Shown here: positions 12,201-24,039 of the stretch, piece after piece
How positions within the stretch are numbered: position 1 is the first letter of the stretch
How the letters are laid out: each line of letters begins with the position of its first letter
NCBI GenBank assembly: GCA_965644315.1
Contig: CBFFRQ010000013.1
Coordinates: forward strand, 868,001 to 932,000
DNA length: 64,000 bases
From: Caecitellus pseudoparvulus
Taxonomy: Eukaryota > Protista > Bigyra: Bicosoecida
Reading direction: 5' to 3'
Made by a program: the position numbers and the translations under genes
Notes under the pieces: model-generated
Told to the model about the DNA's origin: nothing
Databases searched by the model: none
The model's input: only the letters and a program-made list of their open reading frames with translations

Positions 12201-15200
12201 CTGCTGGCGCAGGGAGCGCAGGGGGGTCGCGTCGGGTGCTGCGACGTGGCTGCGGCCGCACGCCCGCACAGCCTCCAGGAAGGACTCCTCCTTCGCCAGC
12301 ACCTGGCGCAGCACCTGCAGCACCAGCACGACACATCGCTCCCGCCACCAGGTCTCAGAGCCGCCAGCCCCCAGCACGACGCCCTGCGCCGCGTGGGCTG
12401 TGCTGGTGTGCTGGCTCACCCGGGGGTGCCGAGGGGCAGGGGACGCGGGTGTGTGCGCACCCGCATCCTCCTCTTCCTCCTCCTTGCGCTCCAGTGTGCC
12501 TGATGCTGGCTGCCTGACGCGGCCGGCCGCCTCGGCGAAGAAGTCAGAGCCGAATTCGTGCGCTGCAGCCCCTCCTCGTGCCCCAGGCATGCTAGCGGCG
12601 GCGTCTTGCTTCAGAGCGTCGGCCCCCCCTCCGTGCAGCAGCAAAGCCAGGCAGGCGTGCAGCAATGCATCGCCTGCCAGGAGCTGGTACATGACGAGGT
12701 AGCCACTGGACCGGGGCGGGGAGACGGTGCTGGCGTACAGCGCTGCCACCTCCTGGCGGGGGTCCTGCGCCATGCCGAAGCCAGCCTGCCCGTCCTCAAC
12801 ACCCCCCACAGTGGGAGGGGTGTACCGCGCCGCCTCGTTGTGCTGCCGCGCGGCTGCGGCTGGCAGGTGGGGGGAGAAGTCCCACTCGGGCAGGCCCGGC
12901 GTGATGGAGGCCAGGGCAGCTTTGCTGAGGTGCGGTACAGCCCCACGGCCAAACTGCCGACCGTGGAGCGAGTCTTGTGTTCCGGGCACGGCCTGCCCCA
13001 TGGGCGGCTGGGGGCTGCCCTGCACCTCTGGCGCTGGGAAGTGCACGGTGTATGCAGCCAGGGCGTCGTGCAGGATGGTCAGGGCGTGCGCTGCGAGGCG
13101 CCAGGGCCCCTCCCTGGCCCGGTGGTCGTACCGCCGCTTGAAGGCGCCACACAGCACCGTGTCCATGGCGAAGCGCAGGTAGGGCGCGGTGCCGGGCAGA
13201 CGTTGGCCAGCGCCCAGCGTGGCTGCCACGGCCTGCCCTGCGCTGGTGGCACGCTCGCCCAGGGCGAGGCAGCGCAGGAGGTGCAGGAAGCCCTCAGTGC
13301 TGGGGAAACGCAGGTCCACCTCCTCCACCGCCTGCAGCTCCAGGCCGATGCCGGAAGTGGAGTGGGGCGGCGCCCCAAGGAAAGACTCGGCCGTGTCGGC
13401 ACACTCCAGGGCGGAGATGGGGCCAGGGGCCACCCCACTCCGTGGCGTCCGCCCACCCATCCATGCCACTCCCCGCCTAGGGGCCTCCTCCACTGCAGAC
13501 AGGGCGTGGCGCGGCAGGGTGGCTAGGATGCCCTGTTGGTCCAGCAGACGCCACATGTCGGGGGCGGCGTCCGGGTCCAGAGACAGCGTGCCCAGGACGC
13601 GGTACAGCGCGCCCTTGACGTCGGCGGGCAGCTGCTGCTTGGCCAGCCCCAGCAAGGCGCGACGGGCGTCGGGGTACGCAGCTTGGAAGGCTGCGCGCAG
13701 CCGGGGGCAGGCACAGAGAGCCTGGATCAAGCGGCAGATGCCCAGGACCAAGTCCACCTCCACGCCCGTGAGGCCGGGGGCTGGCCCAGCAGGCGCCAGG
13801 GTGGGCGTGGGCTGGCCACCCCGCCCCCCACCCCGGACCTGGGAGGGTGTTTGGGGCGGTGGCACGAGGCGCTTGGCGATGGTGTTGAGCTCTCGCAGCA
13901 GACTGGGCAAGGTCACCTGGGGCTGGGCGTGGAAGTGGCCCGCATCTGGCATGTCCCCTGGCTCAGCACCGAAGGCGGTGCTGGTGTCGTGTCCCAGCAA
14001 GGAGCGCTCAGGCGTGAACATGCCAGTGGAGGGGGTGTACGCCCCCCCTTGTGCCTCCCGGGCGCCGCCGTACGCTCCCGACACGGGCGGGTTCAGGAAG
14101 TCGTATGCATGCTGTGTGCAGGAGGTGTTGGCAGCTGACGTCGTGGGGGGCGCCAGTGCAGCCAGTAGACGCACGTAGGCAGCCTTGGCGTCATGGCCGC
14201 CCTCCGCTGCCGCGTTGGCCACGGCCGTGACGAACGGGACGGCGCCTGTGTCGCCCCCTCCACACAGCTCAAAGGCGCTGGGGTGCTCGGCAAAGCGGTC
14301 GCCGTGGTGTAGACCCTCCAGCATGGAATCGCCGCCACCCTCCATGAAGTCCGAGGTGGGGCCGCCGCCGCCACTGCCATCTGGTCCGGCTTCCAGGGCC
14401 GTAGCCATGCTGCCTGCCACGCACCAGAAGAGCGCAGCACGCTGTGGATCCAGCGTGACCAGCACTGCGAAGAAGTCAGCAATGTCCTCCAGGTGGTCGC
14501 CTGCCCTGGCGCGTTTCAGCGCCGTGCCCAGGCGACCCTGTGCTCGTGCAGCCAGCGCCGCACTGGCCCCTGCGGGGGAGAAGAAGTCCCCAGGCGCCTC
14601 CGAGTCCGCTGCACGGCGGATCTGCTCCTCGTGCATGCTCCAGGACCGGCGCATGAGGGTGCCGGAGGTGAACCGGTCGAAACGCAGCAGCTCGGCGACG
14701 GAGTCCAGCAGCAGCGGCGTGAAGGCTGGCAGGGTCAGCGTGCAGGCCTGCACAGCGGGCGAGGCCAGGCCACGGGTTAAGAACTGCACACCCCCGTGAT
14801 TGAGGGCCCTGTGCAGCATGGTGCGCATGCGTTCAGAGACGCGGCCATGCTGGCGCAGCAGGGCGGTCAGGCTCTCCCCTCTGGACGGGTGTTCCGGCAA
14901 GGCAGACGGCAGGGCAGCGCTGGTGCTGGCCTGCACATCCCACCACACCACGGGCGTGTCGGGGTGCGCAAAGGCCCAGGCGACGGCAGGGTCCACAGGC
15001 GCCTCGCTCGGCAAGTGCACGGTCTGGGCAAGGTGGGACACCTCGCTGTCGGCGAGTGCGACCAGGCTGGGTCGCTGCAAGGAGTGCAGGAGCAAGACAA
15101 TGGCCAGCAACGTGGCGCCGTGGGCACCCGTGTGCAGCCACGAGGCGCCACCTGACAAACCCAGTGCGTTCTTGAACGCTGTGTAGGTGTCGGGGCAGGC

Positions 15201-16469
15201 TGACAGGTGTGCCGCCATGAGGGGGGCAGCTTGGACTCGGGCGAGGTCGGCACTGCCGCGAGGCACTGTGCCGGTGCGATAGTCGGCAACGCGGAACAGG
15301 CACATGGTGAGCAGGAACACCACTTCGTGGGTGGGGTTGTCAGGGGTGCTCACCGGTGCGGCGGCGAGGGAGTCCGAGACGGTGTGCAAGGCTTGCACCA
15401 GGTGCAGCAGCTCACCACCAGTGAGGGAATCCGTGGACTGCCCCCCCTGCATGCTGGTGGGCCCGAACAGCGTCAGGGTGCTGTGGCACACCACCAAGTA
15501 CAGGCACTCGGCCGCCAGCAGGCGCTGCTGCAGGCAGGCCTGGTACCGCAAGGCATTGCCCGTGGAAGCCGAGTTCTCGGCAGCCAGCGCAGTCAGGGAC
15601 ACCACTGTGTGCAGCAGCCCGTGCACGAGGCCGGGGCCGTCGCTGTTGGAGGGCAGCAGCACGCGCTCCACCATCTCACTGACGGCCCGTTGGGCATGCT
15701 CTGGCAGGGCCTGGTCACAGCGGGCTTCCAGGATCTGCTTCAGGCACGTGAGGAGCTCTGTGCAGTGCTTGGACAGCAGCTGGGCCCCTCGCTGCACGAG
15801 GAATGTCTGGGACACTGTGCCAGGGGAGGGGGTGGGATGGGGTGACGGAGCGGAATTCGCACGCGCGCCAGCAGGCAACGGCAGGCCGCACTGCAGACGC
15901 AGGAGAGCCAAACGATCCGGCAGACACTGCCCATGTGCAGACAGAGTCAAGGTCGCAGCGCTGCGTCTGCATCTCCAGGCGCCCGCGCGATGTTTGGGCG
16001 CGGCAGGCGGTGTTCACGCACCTGCGCCGCTGCTGTCCTCCTGCTGTGCGTGAGAGATGAGGCGAGCCGCCACGTGCTCGTTCACGCCGAACTTGTCGGC
16101 CAAGTCGATGGCCAGGTCAGACACTGTCTTCTGGGGCGTGTCCAGGCTCTTGACAGCAGTCAAGGCCTCCGCCTCCTTCGGCGGCAACCACATCGGGTTG
16201 CGCAGGCGCCGTTGTGCGGAAGCCACTGCTGTCTGCAGCCGAGCCACGTGCTGCGTGGACTGCTCCGACAAGAACGCCCGGACAGCGGCAGAGAGGCTGT
16301 CGCACAGGACATCCTGCAGGGTGTACTTGGTGTACGAGATGGGCCCCGTCGGCACTGCAGGCGCCTGCACTTGCTGCTGGCCGCCTGGCTGAGGCAGCAG
16401 AGCTTGCTGCTGGCCTTGCTGGGCTGGCGCGGGGGTGCCGCCCAGCAGGCTGCCGCCCAGCAGGGACAT
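6228..16469 (-). CDS. NUP205: Nucleoporin Nup205/Nup192 (short 5' introns in ~15815-16021, boundaries not fully resolved)
   Basis: GIGLELQAVEEVDLRFPSTEGFLHLL...LGAGQRLPGTAPYLRFAMDTVL...WRLAAHAL aligns with the conserved Nup205 block. N-terminal exon contains LADKFGVNEHVAARLI. The main ORF is 3240 aa. Confidence 0.85.
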
Positions 16470-16747
16470 GCTGGGCGCAGGGCAGGTCCACGGCACACGC
16501 ACGGATCACCGAGCCTCTGCTGTCATGCGGAGCTGCTGCTGCTGCACACCGCGCAGCTGCTTCGTCCTTTCGTTTTGCTGAGCCGCAGGAAGTGTGCTCT
16601 CTCCGGCGAGACGCCCAGCAGAGTACGGAGCTCTGGCACATTCCCGCCCTCCACCCCAGAACGGGAAGACTGTGCATTCTTGCTATCACATGCCCTGCTT
16701 ATCACCTCTGCTCGCTTCCTCGGGCATCTTCCGGGGCATGGCGCAGC

Positions 16748-18582
16748 ATGGCGTTTCACCCTGAAACTCCTCGAGCCTCTGCGCAGCTCCTGTCCAGCCT
16801 GCAGCAAGAGGTGTCTGACAGCCCTGGTGTGTGTGCGCTGTTCGTGTTCGCGGGCATGCCTTCCATACCTCACTTCGCCCTCGCTCCCACCGCATCGCAG
16901 CTGGCGCTGTCAAACGCCTCGGCGCTCTGGTCAAGGCAGCCTGTCGAGCCTTCCGTTACGCCAAGCTGCACTCCCCAGCTGCCGATGCCGTGTCCGTCGG
17001 CGTCGAGGCCGCCCTCGCCGCTCGATCAGTCACAGGCCTGGCCATGAAGGCAGACAAGGCTGTCGTCGCTGCCTGCCATGCCCTGGCCAAGCACTTGCAG
17101 AGCGCCGTGACGGTTGTGCAGGCTGGCGCTGCCACTGCCGTGGGCCGCACCCTGTTCCACAGCCCCCTGGACACACACCCACGCCTGGCCCTGACCCTGG
17201 TGCAGGAGCTGCTCAACGCACTACAGGCAGCAGTCGCCCGTAACGGCACTGCAGCCGGCTCAGTGGGCGATGATGAGGTGTTGCAAGCTGTGTGTGGCGC
17301 CCTGGCCAACGCCGGCAAGTCCCAAGCCGCGCGCACACTGGCACCCCTGGTCAGCAAAGTGCTTACAGGGCTCGCAGCGGCGGCGTGTCGCCCTGCACAT
17401 GGCCGGGCCCAAGGCTGTGCCCCAGACCACACCGTGCGCAGCTGCCCCGCAACGCCACCACCCACTGCCGCCGCTCGTGAGACGGCACAGGCGGCGGCTT
17501 TGGGCGCCCTGGAGGTGTGGCTGGTGCACGTTCCCTTGCCAGGGGAAGGCCCCGGGGATCGGCATGATGAGTCCCTGCACCTGGACAGTTTACAGAGCCT
17601 GGTGCCGGAGCTGGCGGCGGCGCTGACCGTGGCACTTGCAGCAGCGCGCCTCGCGCTACGAGCAGCTCACCGCTCCTCTGCACTGTACGCTGCACGGGCC
17701 CTGGAGCTGTGGCTGCTGGCACATGGCGCAGAGTTGCCTGGTCAAGCAGAGCACGCTGTGGAGGTGGCCGGTTCGGCAGCTGCTGGCGAGGCACAGCCTG
17801 TGCAAGAGCGTTTGGAGGTTTCCGCACACGACAGCGCAGAGAGTTTTGAACCGCCCAAAGAGTCGCTTGTGGCGGCATTCCCCACCACAGCTGGAGCAGG
17901 GACACAAATTGAAGCCGCCGGTCAAAAGACTGAGCACAGCGATGAGGAGGGCGCCGCGACTCAACACACAGAGCAGCAGCAAAACGCAGAAACGAAGGCT
18001 GTCCCACCCCTGCAACTCCCTGCACAAGGCGGCACTTTGCCTGCCGCTGCAGCAACTGGGTCGGGCACGAGCACGGATCAGCAGCCCCCCCCACCTCTCA
18101 TACCTGCCGCTGCACCCTTGGCCAGCGCTTGCAGTGCGCTAGCCGCCCAGGCAACCTCGTTGCAGACGCTGGTGGGAGCGTGCCAACACCGCGTGCCACC
18201 CGCAGCCACTGCAACGTCCGTGACGGCGCTGCCGTGGCAGATCAAAGTGGCAGTGGACAAAGTGCCTGCAGACGTGCTGTGGAAGGGCTCGTGGCAGGGT
18301 GGCGTGGTGGATGGCATCCTGACGGTGCTGTGCCGTGTGCTGGTGTCCGTTGCGGCTCACGGACTGGAAACGCAGCAGCCCACAAACATCGTGCCGTGGC
18401 TCACCGATGTCGTGAGTGCTTGCTGCGCAGGACACCTGGCCCTCCTGCCATCCACTTTGACTGCGCTGCGCTGTGCCCTGGTCAGTCTCAGTCGGCTGGC
18501 TTGCCCAAAGCAAGGTGCGGCTTGTGCGCGCTTGCTGCTGAGCGTGCAGCGCCTGCAAGGTGGCAGGGGGCTGGCCTCGTGA
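16748..18582 (+). CDS. Hypothetical alpha-helical (HEAT/ARM-like) protein; intron 16827-16900; 3' end uncertain
   Basis: ATG exon MAFHPETPRAS...DSP is spliced in frame (GTGTGT...CGCAG, 74 nt) into a 583-aa Ala/Leu-rich ORF. No family motif recognised. Confidence 0.55.
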
Positions 18583-18743
18583 GCCAGCTTGCCTGCCCGC
18601 CAAATGTACGCCGCCACACAATTCAGTGCCATGCTGCTTGTTCTGCACCCCTTGTCGGCCTTTCGCAGTGCCCGTCGCACCCCCTTCCAGGCCTGCCGTG
18701 AACAGGGCATGCACGTGGCCAGACCGATTTCCGCACGGCAAGC

Positions 18744-20549
18744 ATGCAGGCACTCAGGGCCGCCGCCGCGCGGGTGCAGGCGAGTTTGACGGGTTTGGGG
18801 GCAGCGTTTTACTTCTCCTTCGTTGGATGGTACATCTGCACCAGTGTGTTCTCCATTTCCGCCAAGCAGGCGCTGGCAGGCAGCGACAAAGTGCAGCATG
18901 CGCCTGTGGCAACTCCCCTGTCCCTTGGCATCCTCTGCTTCGCTGCGGGCCTGCTGCTCACCAGCGCCAACCGCCCCAAGCTCTGGTGCAACCTGCCTTC
19001 CGTCTTGCTGACGGTGGACCCTCCCCAAATGCTCATGTCCCTCGCCCACACGGTGGGCACCCTGCTCACCCTGTCTGCTCTCGCCAACGGCAGCCTGGCC
19101 GTCACGTACGCAGTCAAGGCCTGTGAGCCGCTCACCACGGCTGCCTTGACCGCCCTCGTCCTCGGCACCGCCTACACCCCCTGGCAGCTCCTTGCGCTGG
19201 TGCCAGTGGCGGCGGGCCTGGCCATCGCCTCCAGCCCCGGCTTGTCGCCCTCCACTGGCGGCACACCTCCACGCGGCGGCCTGCTCCTGGCTGGAGCCCT
19301 GCCTGCCATCCTCAGCAACGTCATGTTCTCAGCCCGCACGACCCTGGCCAAACTGAAGCAGCTGCAGCTGGAGGCCGCCCCAGAACCCCCTCACACGCCC
19401 AGTGACAGGGCGCCCCGCTCCCGCTCCCCAACTCACGTCCTGGCACAATTCGGGTACACCGTCTCCCCTGCGCGGGCCCCTGTCGCGGCAAGCCGGCCAG
19501 GAGCACTGCACTTTGCTGCTGCTCCCCGCCTCCCGCGCCCTGCTCCGCTGAGGGGCGCAGCTGCTGCCGCTGCGGCCGCGTCGGGGTCAGCCCGCCTGCA
19601 GAGCATGGTGACTCAGGCAGCTTGGGCGGAGGTGGGGGGTGCGGAGGACAGCGCCTCGGGGTGGAACAAGCACCCCTTTGACGTCAGCGAGTCAGAGGGG
19701 GAGGGGGAAGGGAGTGGCCGCAGGTCCGCCACGCCGGGGGTGGCCTCCCCTGCAGGGCAAGCGGACATGCCCCTGCCGCCCCCCGTCGGACCCCTCCCCC
19801 CCCGCGCCCTCCCCGCGCCACGCACAGCCCCCGCGTACGAGATGGACAACTTGGACCGCCTGCTCCTGGCCAACGTGCACGCCCTGCTGCTGTGCACTGT
19901 GCTGCTGGCACAGGATGAGGCCAGTCTGGCAGCGCTGTCCCAGCTGGGCACTGGGGTGAAGCACTTTGCCTCCGCCCTGCACACCCACGGGTGGGACTTG
20001 GTGCTGGGGCAGCCTGTGGACGGAGTGGACGGTGGGGGTGCCGCCAGGCAGCCAGTGACAGCGCCACTGGCTGCAGACGATGACTTGACCCTCACCGCGG
20101 GACACCTGGCGCAGGCAGGTGCGGCTGGGCACGCTCTGAACGCCAGCGCCTACCACGCTGTGTTCTCAGTGTTTTCGTTCCTCGTGCTGAACCACATCTC
20201 CCCTGCCGCTCACTCCCTTGGGAACGTCTGCAAGCGCCTGTTCATGGTGGGCGCAGCTGCTGCAGTGCTGGGCCAGGCCTTGGCTGGTGTGCAGTTCGTT
20301 GGCATGGCTGTCTCCCTGCTGGGGGTGTGTGCGTTCACGCTGCTCCCAGGCCCAGTGGCGGGCCAGCCTGGCGTCTGCAGCAGGGTGCCTGCCGCCTGCG
20401 TTGGGGCCTGCGCGACCTTTGCGCGTCGATTCGCCGATGCGCTCAATAGCTGGTGGACAGTGTCAGCCCTGCACCTGGCAGCGGTGGTGGTGGTGTACCT
20501 GGGACATGCGCCCAGTGGGGGCCAAAGCCTCTCCCCCCCCACGCCGTGA
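18744..20549 (+). CDS. Triose-phosphate/nucleotide-sugar transporter (TPT/SLC35E, DMT superfamily)
   Basis: GWYICTSVFSISAKQAL, TYAVKACEPLTTAAL, SNVMFSAR, ISPAAHSLGNVCKRLF are TPT family motifs. A long low-complexity loop is inserted. Confidence 0.85.
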   Translation: MQALRAAAARVQASLTGLGAAFYFSFVGWYICTSVFSISAKQALAGSDKVQHAPVATPLSLGILCFAAGLLLTSANRPKLWCNLPSVLLTVDPPQMLMSLAHTVGTLLTLSALANGSLAVTYAVKACEPLTTAALTALVLGTAYTPWQLLALVPVAAGLAIASSPGLSPSTGGTPPRGGLLLAGALPAILSNVMFSARTTLAKLKQLQLEAAPEPPHTPSDRAPRSRSPTHVLAQFGYTVSPARAPVAASRPGALHFAAAPRLPRPAPLRGAAAAAAAASGSARLQSMVTQAAWAEVGGAEDSASGWNKHPFDVSESEGEGEGSGRRSATPGVASPAGQADMPLPPPVGPLPPRALPAPRTAPAYEMDNLDRLLLANVHALLLCTVLLAQDEASLAALSQLGTGVKHFASALHTHGWDLVLGQPVDGVDGGGAARQPVTAPLAADDDLTLTAGHLAQAGAAGHALNASAYHAVFSVFSFLVLNHISPAAHSLGNVCKRLFMVGAAAAVLGQALAGVQFVGMAVSLLGVCAFTLLPGPVAGQPGVCSRVPAACVGACATFARRFADALNSWWTVSALHLAAVVVVYLGHAPSGGQSLSPPTP

Positions 20550-20576
20550 TCAACGTGCATTCTGGACACCCCCTCC

Positions 20577-22638
20577 CTACCGCCGCATGCGTGTGGCAGG
20601 GTGTTTGTGTGCGGCGGCCTTGGCAACGACTTGGTTGCCCTCCACCACCACAGTGGACGCCGGTCGTGTGGCAGGCATGTGAATGCGCACAGGCAGTGTG
20701 CCCTCCAAAGCATCGCCCACTGTGGCACCCCCCTCGAAGCGCTGGCGAGCGCGGGAGCGACCCCGCCCGCCGGCACCTGGCACCACGGCACCGCTGCGCC
20801 CGTTTGTGATGAGCAAGGGGTTGGGCCCGTCCATGATGTCTGGGTTCACCGTGAGGCCAGCCAAGTACTGCTGCAGCAGTTCCTGCAGGTGTGCGTTCTC
20901 GTCTTGCAGGCGCCCACGCTCCGCATCCAGCGTCATGAAGTCCAGCAGCGCCGAGTTGTACATCTTCCAGAAGTTGTCCAGCGCATTCACCTCGCCGCCG
21001 CCCAGCAACTGCCGCACGTGGGGCAGGCTGGAGGCGCTGCCGTCCGCTTCGTCTCCCGGCGGGGCAGCGTCTGCCTCCCCCAGCCGCGCCCCCGCGCCCT
21101 GTGTCGCTGCCAGGGCAGCCTCCGTTGCAGCAGCAGCGGCGGCAGTGGTGGCTTCCTGTGCCTCGCGCTCGAACTGGGAGCGGACGACAGCGGAGGCCGC
21201 GGCATCTGCCGAGGAGCCGCCCCCCTCCACGCCCCCCAGTGTGTCCATAATGCCACGGGCAGCTTCCGCCGTCATGGCAGCGGTCATGGTGCCGCCCAGT
21301 GCCCGCTTGGCGAACACCTGGGGTGCCGTCCCGGCAACCTTGCTGGCTCCATCCCGCACTGAAGTGTACCCCATGACGCCACTGGGCGTGTCCTCCTCTG
21401 CCGTCGACTCAACGTAGAATGGCGTCGTGCGCTCTTTGTCCGTCTGCAGCTGCCGCGCACGCTCGCCCAGCTGCAGCACGCGCTCCGCCAGGCGCAGGCG
21501 CTCGTTCAATTCAGCCTTGGCGGCCTGGGCGCTGCGTGACACGGTGTGCAGGCGCTTGGACGCTGCTGCCCGCGCAGTTTCCAGCTGCCGCTTCAGCGCC
21601 ATGACGTGCGCCGACATGCTCGTGCGCTCAGACTTCAGCGACTTGTTGCGCTCCGTGTAGTCTGCTGCGTTGGCGCGCATCTTGGCCTGCCACCGCTCCA
21701 GTTGCCGGTCCAGTTGCCGGATGTGGCGCATGTTACGGTCGTAGTCCCGCGTCGCTTTGAAGTCTGCGTAGGTGAGGTTTTTGAACTGCTCTGTCTTGGC
21801 GTCCGTGTGCTGCAAGAAGCCCATGTGCGCGTTGAAGAACTCCCGTTCCAGCTCGTGCGTTACATCCTCCAGCTGGGACGTCAGCTCCGTGACGCGCTCG
21901 ATGGAGCGTGAGTGCAGGTCGCCCTTGTCCCGAATGAAGTCATTGCGGTCCTCCATGGCCTTCGTCTCCTCCCGCACCCGGATGGCCTCGATGAGGGCCT
22001 TCACGTGGCGCCGGCTCTTGGCCTGGCTCGCTTCCATCTCCTCCCGCTCAGCTTCGTACTCTGCCTCCACTGCCGCCAGCTGCGTCTCGAACGCTGACTC
22101 CAGGCCGGACAAGCGCGAGTCCTGCAGCTCCAGCAGGCGGTCCAGGTGCGCCAGGTGGTCCGTCACGGCCGTGCTGAACTGCTCCTCAGCCTCGTCCAGG
22201 TCCTGGTCCAGCATCTGCAGCAGCGCATCCTTGCGGTCCACGTCCCGCTCGTGGCCCTGGCTCAGCACGTCCACGTCGCGGCGCAGCTCTGACGTCTTGG
22301 CCATGCGCATGATCTTCAGCCACGCGTTCTCCACCTTCTTCTTGTTCAGGCTCGCAGCTGCCTTCTCGCTCTCCAGCCGCTCTTTCAGGATGGCTTTCGT
22401 CTTGTCGGCCAGCCGCCGCATGAAGTCTGCTTCTTGCATGGCCCGCATCTTCGCCAGCAACTCCTTGTCCTTGCTGGTGATGGCTGACTTCTTCTCCTTC
22501 GTCGCGGCTCTGCGGGCAGGCGCGGGGCGGCCAGTTGCTTGCCCGTGCCACACGCGGCAGCAGCGCCAGCGACACACACCTTCCAGACGCGGCAACGCGC
22601 CGAGCACCGCCCTTCAGGCGCTTGCCGAAGGGGGGCAT
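20577..22638 (-). CDS. DRC2: Dynein regulatory complex subunit 2 (CCDC65/DRC2); intron 22510-22579
   Basis: Coiled coil with WLKIMRMAKTSELRRDVDVLSQGHERDVDRKDALLQMLDQDLDEAEEQF and C-terminal LDNFWKMYN...LQQYLAG...NPLLITN. Confidence 0.88.
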
Positions 22639-23078
22639 GGTACTTCGTTCGGCGCTCTCTCCTCTCTGGAGCGCTTGGGCTCAGGCAGCTCGTGGGGGCA
22701 CGCAGCGCAACGTCACAACGCAGTGCTGGTCGCTGCGGCCAAGGAAACGCCACCCCGCAGCGCAAGCGGCTGCCGCACACGCCGCAGGCCAATGAAAGTG
22801 TATCAGGTTGATCATTGAATGGCGTGTTTACTTGAGATTGCTAATGCCATGTATTTTGTTTGTGCCCTTGGCCTGCGCCGTTGGTGCAGGGGCGATTGAC
22901 TGTATCGACACCTGAATGGCGGGCTTGCACAGGAATGCCAAAAAGGCCGCGCAGGCACGCAGGGACTGAGTCACATCTTCCTCATGGCATAGCCTTGTTG
23001 TGGTAGAGCCGAATGCTCGTGTGAGGCCCCACGAGCGCCTCAACCTAAGCTGCACCCAGGAGCTCTGCCTCAGCACTA

Positions 23079-23599
23079 TCAGCCAACGCACAGCTCTGCG
23101 ACGAGCGTGTTCACCTTGTGCACAAACGCAGGCGCCTTGATTGCCTTCTTCGTGTCTTGGAAGGGGTTCAGCACCACGAAAGGCACGAAGGCCTCCCTGT
23201 ACAGGCGCGCCAGAGTGCTGGACGCAGTCAACACCTCCTTGCTCGTCGCCAGGACGAAGTGGAAGCCAGTGGGGACTTCCAGGTGATGCAAGTTGTACGA
23301 GGATGTGGTGTACATGGAAACACCTTCCTCTTGGTCACTGCAAGGCGCCAAACAACACAAGTTACGGCGCAGCCAGGTGGCGTGGTGGCCCTGCGGAAAT
23401 CGCACCTGTTTGGGCTCATCTTTTGACACAGGTGCTTGAAGCTGAACAGCATGCCGAACATGAGCTTTTGGTCCTCCTCCGGCTGGTCGCTCAACAGGTT
23501 GCGCTTGCGGCTCCACTCCTGGTAGTACAGGCAGTTGCCAGACTTGTCAAACACATACAGCATGTGCGCCACCCTGGACGCGGAGGAGCTTGCTGCCAT
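23079..23599 (-). CDS. TRAPPC1: TRAPP complex subunit 1 (Bet5); intron 23338-23405
   Basis: LYVFDKSGNCLYYQEW, EEDQKLMFGMLFSFK, YTTSSYNLHHLEVPTGFHFVLAT, FVVLNP; two ORFs joined in frame by a 68-nt intron. Confidence 0.92.
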
Positions 23600-24039
23600 G
23601 GCGTGGAAGCACCCTGGCTGCATGTGAGCCGGCACTACAGCAGACTGCAGGGTGGGGTTTTCCGAAGATGGGTCACTTTTCCTGTCTTGGATTTGTTTTG
23701 AGTGCATATCTCATCAGGCGAACGCTCATGCCGCTCAAAAATAAGGGAAGCCGTGTGATGTGGATACCTAAACATCGGGTGCAATCTCCTGCTACGACGT
23801 CAAAGAGTGCTAAAATTGATTGGCACACTGCAAACTTACGCTCGTGTTGCTTCTCACCACCAAACTTGGTGTTGTGCGAAGGGAAGCCAGGGAAAAGGAC
23901 ACCACGAGCTGGCAAGCCCGGTAAAAACGCAGCTGTCTCAATTTCCGCAGCACGGCTGAGAAACGCGAGTGGCGTGCAGCGTGTGGCAGGAGCAGCGATC
24001 CGCACCAGCGTCATCAACGCAACGGCTTGCTTGGCAGCC

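Noticed and set aside
7159-14799. Long plus-strand ORFs (841, 402, 331, 329 aa etc.) antisense to NUP205; similar ORFs at 21772-22818, 51008-52717 and 57348-59174
   Set aside because: Shadow ORFs expected from GC-rich codon usage; low-complexity Ala/Arg/Ser translations with no motifs.
22828-23091. 87-aa minus-strand ORF downstream of TRAPPC1
   Set aside because: Non-ATG start and no motifs; probably TRAPPC1 3' UTR or DRC2 promoter.
23590-24039. N-terminal extensions of track ORFs (EF-hand 23590; also pgtA to 62739, udk to 56309, CFAP92 to 54711)
   Set aside because: They start at alternative codons, run through promoter regions or neighbouring genes and look non-coding; downstream ATGs fit better.
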